A stretch of DNA of 42,319 nt from Bradymonadales bacterium (GTDB lineage: Bacteria > Bdellovibrionota > UBA2394): assembly GCA_007693605.1 (NCBI GenBank), contig REDG01000020.1, forward strand, positions 1 through 42,319, read 5' to 3'. Below the pieces are notes generated by a model. It had not been told where the DNA came from. It made no database searches and was given only the letters and a program-made list of their open reading frames with translations. Positions 38,787-42,319 of this stretch are shown piece after piece (the first letter of the stretch is position 1; every line of letters begins with the position of its first letter). Both the position numbers and the translations under genes were made by a program.

Positions 38787-40658
38787 ATGCGATCAATGAA
38801 AAACTTGTTTCAAACCTCGATCTGGAGTTTTGGACTCATTTTTGTAGGAGCCTGTGGATCGGTTGACAAAAATGAGATCGGGGGTGCCAGCACATTTACT
38901 CAAGGTCGAATCCAGAGCTTTGAGAGAAAGATCCCAAACAACGAACAAAGTCCTGCCACCTACTCCGAAGAGCGAGATGAAAACAATCAGCAGCTGATCG
39001 TTAGTAACTTCGTTCACTTTGCTGGCAAAGACGCGCTCGTCACCGTCGCCCTGCCGGTGGGCTACCAATGTGTGCCCGGCTCCCTCAGCTATGAGCTCGA
39101 GTCCGAGTCTGGCGTCAGTCTTCAGTTGAACTCTGACTCAGCCAACTGTAGAGCGAGTCTTAGACTACAAGACCACCCAACCCCTCAAAAAGTAGGGGAC
39201 CAATATCCCGCATTGATGTCACTTGGAAAACTCGTCGCAACGGGATCAACCCGGATTTCAGGAAAGACTTACGAAACCGAAATTGAAACATCGCTCTACC
39301 TTCGAGTTCAGAATCGAATTCCCCCTGTCACCACCTACGAACCGAAGCCTGTAGTGCCTGCGGAGGATCTGACGGAAGCCATTCGACGACAGCCTCCTGT
39401 CATTGTCAACCTAACCCAGCCCAACCAATCGCAGAACGAAAATGCGCTCGGAGTTTCTAAGACTTTAAATGCGGGTGCGATTCCTTTCGAGACAGGCGGT
39501 CTCGCTGCAAGTACCCAGGCCTTAGTTCTGCCACAGAGCATTCAAGGCCCACTCTCTCAAACGATTTCCTTCGAAAGCCTGCGAACGGTAAATGGAAATC
39601 GAGACGCAGCCGCCTTCCAAACAAGTGAAGGTGCGTTAGCCAAGCTCGAGACTCTTTGCCAGATGGAAATCACCATGCCCTTTGTTGTAGAGGGCAGCGA
39701 GCAAGAGAGCACCCACCAAATCATCTTCAGAGATTTAGCTAACGAAGATCCCGAAACCTCGGATTCAGATGAAATCAAGAGCGTCAGCTACCTTCCGGCC
39801 GATAGCTGCCCCTTTGAATTGGCTGTCAACAGCGCCGAGGATACAATGTCGATCAATCTCAAAGCCTCCCCCTTAAGGGTCAATGGAAAAGAGTTTCGGG
39901 ACGCCGAGGGTAAACGAAGATATGCTTTACAAGGTTTGCCACCCATCTCTTTGCCTTCGGGCATCGCAGAGTTCATCTTTCATGTCTACTACTATCGGGC
40001 TGACAGCAGTCTTGACGAGAAGGGCGCCTATGATGAAGTGGTCTTGAAGATGCCTTTCACGATTAATGTTCCGACTTACAATGACTTAGAGATTCCTAAA
40101 TTCAAAGAAATCGGCCGAATTGGAGGCTGGGTTTACGGATATCTTGATGCTCACATGAGCATCTGGGAAGCCGACCGAAAGGCCAAGCTCTTGGGAGGTG
40201 CAAATTTCATGGAAGCCTATGTCGCCATGCCAAAGGACGAAGAGACAAACGAATTGCTTGGCAGCTCTCGACCCGACAACAAAAACCAGAACAAGTTCTG
40301 GTTGGGTCTGTTAAGCATGTGGTCGCATAATGACGACTCAGGCATACTGAGGCAATACAAATCGCCCGGGCAGCAGGGCACATCCAGCTTCGAGTACTGG
40401 ATAGATCACACCTCAGTCACTTTCAATAACTGGGTGAATAAGAAGGGAAACAATCCAGGAGGCTACCCTAATAATACAAGTCCGTTGGCTTGCGCCTCTT
40501 ATCAGAGAAGACAGGACGACAAGTGGCAATTGGCGAACTGCAATCGTCAGTTTAAGCCCTTTATTCAGATCAAGGTAGGATCCGGAAGCGTCCAAAATCC
40601 AGGAGGAGTCGGATCTGGCGGTGGAAATGGCCAGGGCAGCTGCCTCTTTGGATGTTAA
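38787..40658 (+). CDS. Lipoprotein with C-terminal C-type-lectin-like domain
   Basis: GGAGGG SD; lipobox FVGAC; C-terminal FWLGL...F.YW.D...FNNW...PNN...CA...W.L.NC...FI. Confidence 0.7.
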   Translation: MRSMKNLFQTSIWSFGLIFVGACGSVDKNEIGGASTFTQGRIQSFERKIPNNEQSPATYSEERDENNQQLIVSNFVHFAGKDALVTVALPVGYQCVPGSLSYELESESGVSLQLNSDSANCRASLRLQDHPTPQKVGDQYPALMSLGKLVATGSTRISGKTYETEIETSLYLRVQNRIPPVTTYEPKPVVPAEDLTEAIRRQPPVIVNLTQPNQSQNENALGVSKTLNAGAIPFETGGLAASTQALVLPQSIQGPLSQTISFESLRTVNGNRDAAAFQTSEGALAKLETLCQMEITMPFVVEGSEQESTHQIIFRDLANEDPETSDSDEIKSVSYLPADSCPFELAVNSAEDTMSINLKASPLRVNGKEFRDAEGKRRYALQGLPPISLPSGIAEFIFHVYYYRADSSLDEKGAYDEVVLKMPFTINVPTYNDLEIPKFKEIGRIGGWVYGYLDAHMSIWEADRKAKLLGGANFMEAYVAMPKDEETNELLGSSRPDNKNQNKFWLGLLSMWSHNDDSGILRQYKSPGQQGTSSFEYWIDHTSVTFNNWVNKKGNNPGGYPNNTSPLACASYQRRQDDKWQLANCNRQFKPFIQIKVGSGSVQNPGGVGSGGGNGQGSCLFGC

Positions 40659-40660
40659 TC

Positions 40661-40766
40661 AATTCTGCGGGGTCGGGAGACGAAATTCTGCGGGGTCGGG
40701 AGACGAAAGTGCCAGACTAGAAAACACTGTTTGTTGGCTAGTCTGGCACTTCCGTCTCCCGACCCC
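40661..40766. repeat. REP/REPIN-like element: 23-bp tandem duplication plus 29-bp inverted repeat; possible bidirectional terminator
   Basis: AATTCTGCGGGGTCGGGAGACGA twice (40661-40706); arms 40692-40720 and 40738-40766 (28/29 complementary) around a 17-nt spacer, between convergent genes. Confidence 0.9.
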
Positions 40767-40769
40767 TCC

Positions 40770-42317
40770 CTAGGTATTCAAAAGCTGTAAGGCCAATTGG
40801 GGACTTAGGTTGGCTTGACCCAAGACCGAAACGCCCGCTTGTTGAAGAATCTGCATTCGAACCAAGTTCGCCGTTTCTTCGGCGATGTCGGCATCTCGAA
40901 TCTGAGATCGCGCACTTTCGAGGTTTTCCGTGGTGATGAGAATGCTTTCCCTGGCGGACTCCAGTCGACTCGTGGTGGCGCCAATCAAGGCCAATCGATC
41001 GAGTAGATTTGAAAGGGCGGTATCAAAAAGAGCGAGCATCTCTTGAGCTCTCTCTTGAGAGTCAATGCGAATATCTGTTTCAGCCACTTCTCTCTCAAAT
41101 GAACCCATGAGGAATAGGCTTTCGCCGCTGCCGGGAGCAATGATGTCTTTCAAGCCATCGCCATTCAAATCCATCCCAAGCACACCGAAGGCGGGAAGAC
41201 TGCCCGCACCTAGGTCAAAAGTTTGGGAGATTTTGAAGCTGCCTTCGCCATCATTGAGCAAGACTGTAAGTTGCGCGTCGAAGGTTGACTGAAAAGCGAG
41301 ATCGAGATGACCGTTTCCGTTCAGATCGGCAATCAGGGGATTTCGTCTTGCGAGCTCCCCCAGTTGAGAAGAGAAGTTCTGGCTAGAACTCATTGCTCCG
41401 GTTCCGTCGTTGAGCCAGATTTGTCCATTGGTAGATACGAAATCCATGGCACCGTTCCCGCTCAGATCAGCATAAAATCCGCTATCAGTTGGGCCAAAGA
41501 AAGCCTCAGAGGTGAAGGTTCCATCTCCGTTGGACATCAGCCTCACCGCCGTGTCGGCTCCCCAGTCCCAGGCTCGAAAATCGATCCTGCCATTTGCGTT
41601 TAAGTCCCCAGACTTTTCAAAGGTCAAGCTGTCCACCGAAATATAAGTGTCCGCTCCAAAAGTCATGGTGCCATCGGCTTGACTCAGTTGGGTGGTTATC
41701 ATGCCGGGCCCTCCAACCTGGCTAAAAGGGTCAACGATTCTCATGTACACCAGATCCGCTCTCCCGTTGGCGTTTAAGTCGGCGAGGGCAATGGAATGTC
41801 CCCGAGTGCTGCCAGAAAAGGAGGCAATAGCTCCCGCAAATGTCTCTAGGAGTTCAAAGCCTCCTGATCCATCATTAAGATAGGTGCGAGCCTCATCTAA
41901 ATTAGTCCTTATTGCCAGATCTAGAGAACCATCTCCGTTGATATCTCCCAGATCATAGTCTCTAGCTCCAGAGATGTGCTGAGTTTCGGTCCACAGGCCA
42001 GCTGAACCGACAGAAAAGATCCGCAGCCCAGTGCTGTCCAGCAGCACGAGTTCATCCTTGCCGTCTCCGGTCAAGTCATGAAACTCAGGCGCAAAAACGA
42101 CCGAAGTCCCCACACTCAAGACCTGCCTGTTCAATAGTCCACCGTTACCATCTGCCTCAAAGAAAATAAGCTCACCGGAGACATAGCTGACCAACAACTC
42201 CTTTCCGTTGGAAGTCTTAGAAGTAACCGCACTCCAGCCCAGGTTTTCATTTTGCTCAGACTGGGAGAACTTGCCGGTGGGCAAGACTTCTGTCTTGGTG
42301 AAGACCTCATCGGCTCT
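40770..42317 (-). CDS. Flagellin with FG-GAP/VCBS repeats in the variable region (5' end beyond the window)
   Basis: Flagellin C-terminal domain IGATTSRLE...ENLESARSQIRDADIAEE...QILQQAGVSVLGQAN..PQLALQLL, preceded by seven D(L/I)xxxGxxD-type repeats. The frame is open to the window edge. Confidence 0.88.
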   Translation of the reverse strand, partial: RADEVFTKTEVLPTGKFSQSEQNENLGWSAVTSKTSNGKELLVSYVSGELIFFEADGNGGLLNRQVLSVGTSVVFAPEFHDLTGDGKDELVLLDSTGLRIFSVGSAGLWTETQHISGARDYDLGDINGDGSLDLAIRTNLDEARTYLNDGSGGFELLETFAGAIASFSGSTRGHSIALADLNANGRADLVYMRIVDPFSQVGGPGMITTQLSQADGTMTFGADTYISVDSLTFEKSGDLNANGRIDFRAWDWGADTAVRLMSNGDGTFTSEAFFGPTDSGFYADLSGNGAMDFVSTNGQIWLNDGTGAMSSSQNFSSQLGELARRNPLIADLNGNGHLDLAFQSTFDAQLTVLLNDGEGSFKISQTFDLGAGSLPAFGVLGMDLNGDGLKDIIAPGSGESLFLMGSFEREVAETDIRIDSQERAQEMLALFDTALSNLLDRLALIGATTSRLESARESILITTENLESARSQIRDADIAEETANLVRMQILQQAGVSVLGQANLSPQLALQLLNT

Positions 42318-42319
42318 TG

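Noticed and set aside
40661..40766. Possible CRISPR array
   Set aside because: The direct repeats abut with no spacer, the third copy is inverted, and there are no cas genes in the window.
133..41883. The many short ORFs antisense to or nested within the called genes
   Set aside because: They lack motifs and overlap well-supported genes, so they are treated as shadow ORFs.

Overview
A gene-dense bacterial chromosomal window. Gene content resembles a Bdellovibrionota/deltaproteobacterial-type lineage, possibly from a saline habitat; both points are inference. Most of it is ordinary: four histidine kinases and four response regulators, many transporters (CaCA, DASS, YhhQ, MFS, AmpG, betaine ABC, a bacterial Na+ channel), a CADD-type pABA synthase, Dus, GGT, a PmtA-like methyltransferase and an Omp85 protein. 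The most unusual elements are: (1) a three-gene unit at 36.2-38.5 kb behind a sigma-54-type promoter, encoding an orphan contractile-tail tube protein, a LysM protein with a colicin-like hydrophobic tail, and an internally duplicated membrane protein that may be an immunity protein; (2) a flagellin, cut by the window edge, whose variable region carries at least seven FG-GAP/VCBS repeats; (3) a structured intergenic RNA candidate beside a triple CpxR-like box; (4) a 29-bp REP-like element that forms a long hairpin at 40.7 kb and also supplies the last codons and stop of a stand-alone HisKA-like gene at 4.4 kb; (5) a start-less HNH nuclease remnant missed by the ORF track. All calls come from reading motifs by eye; no database searches were run.
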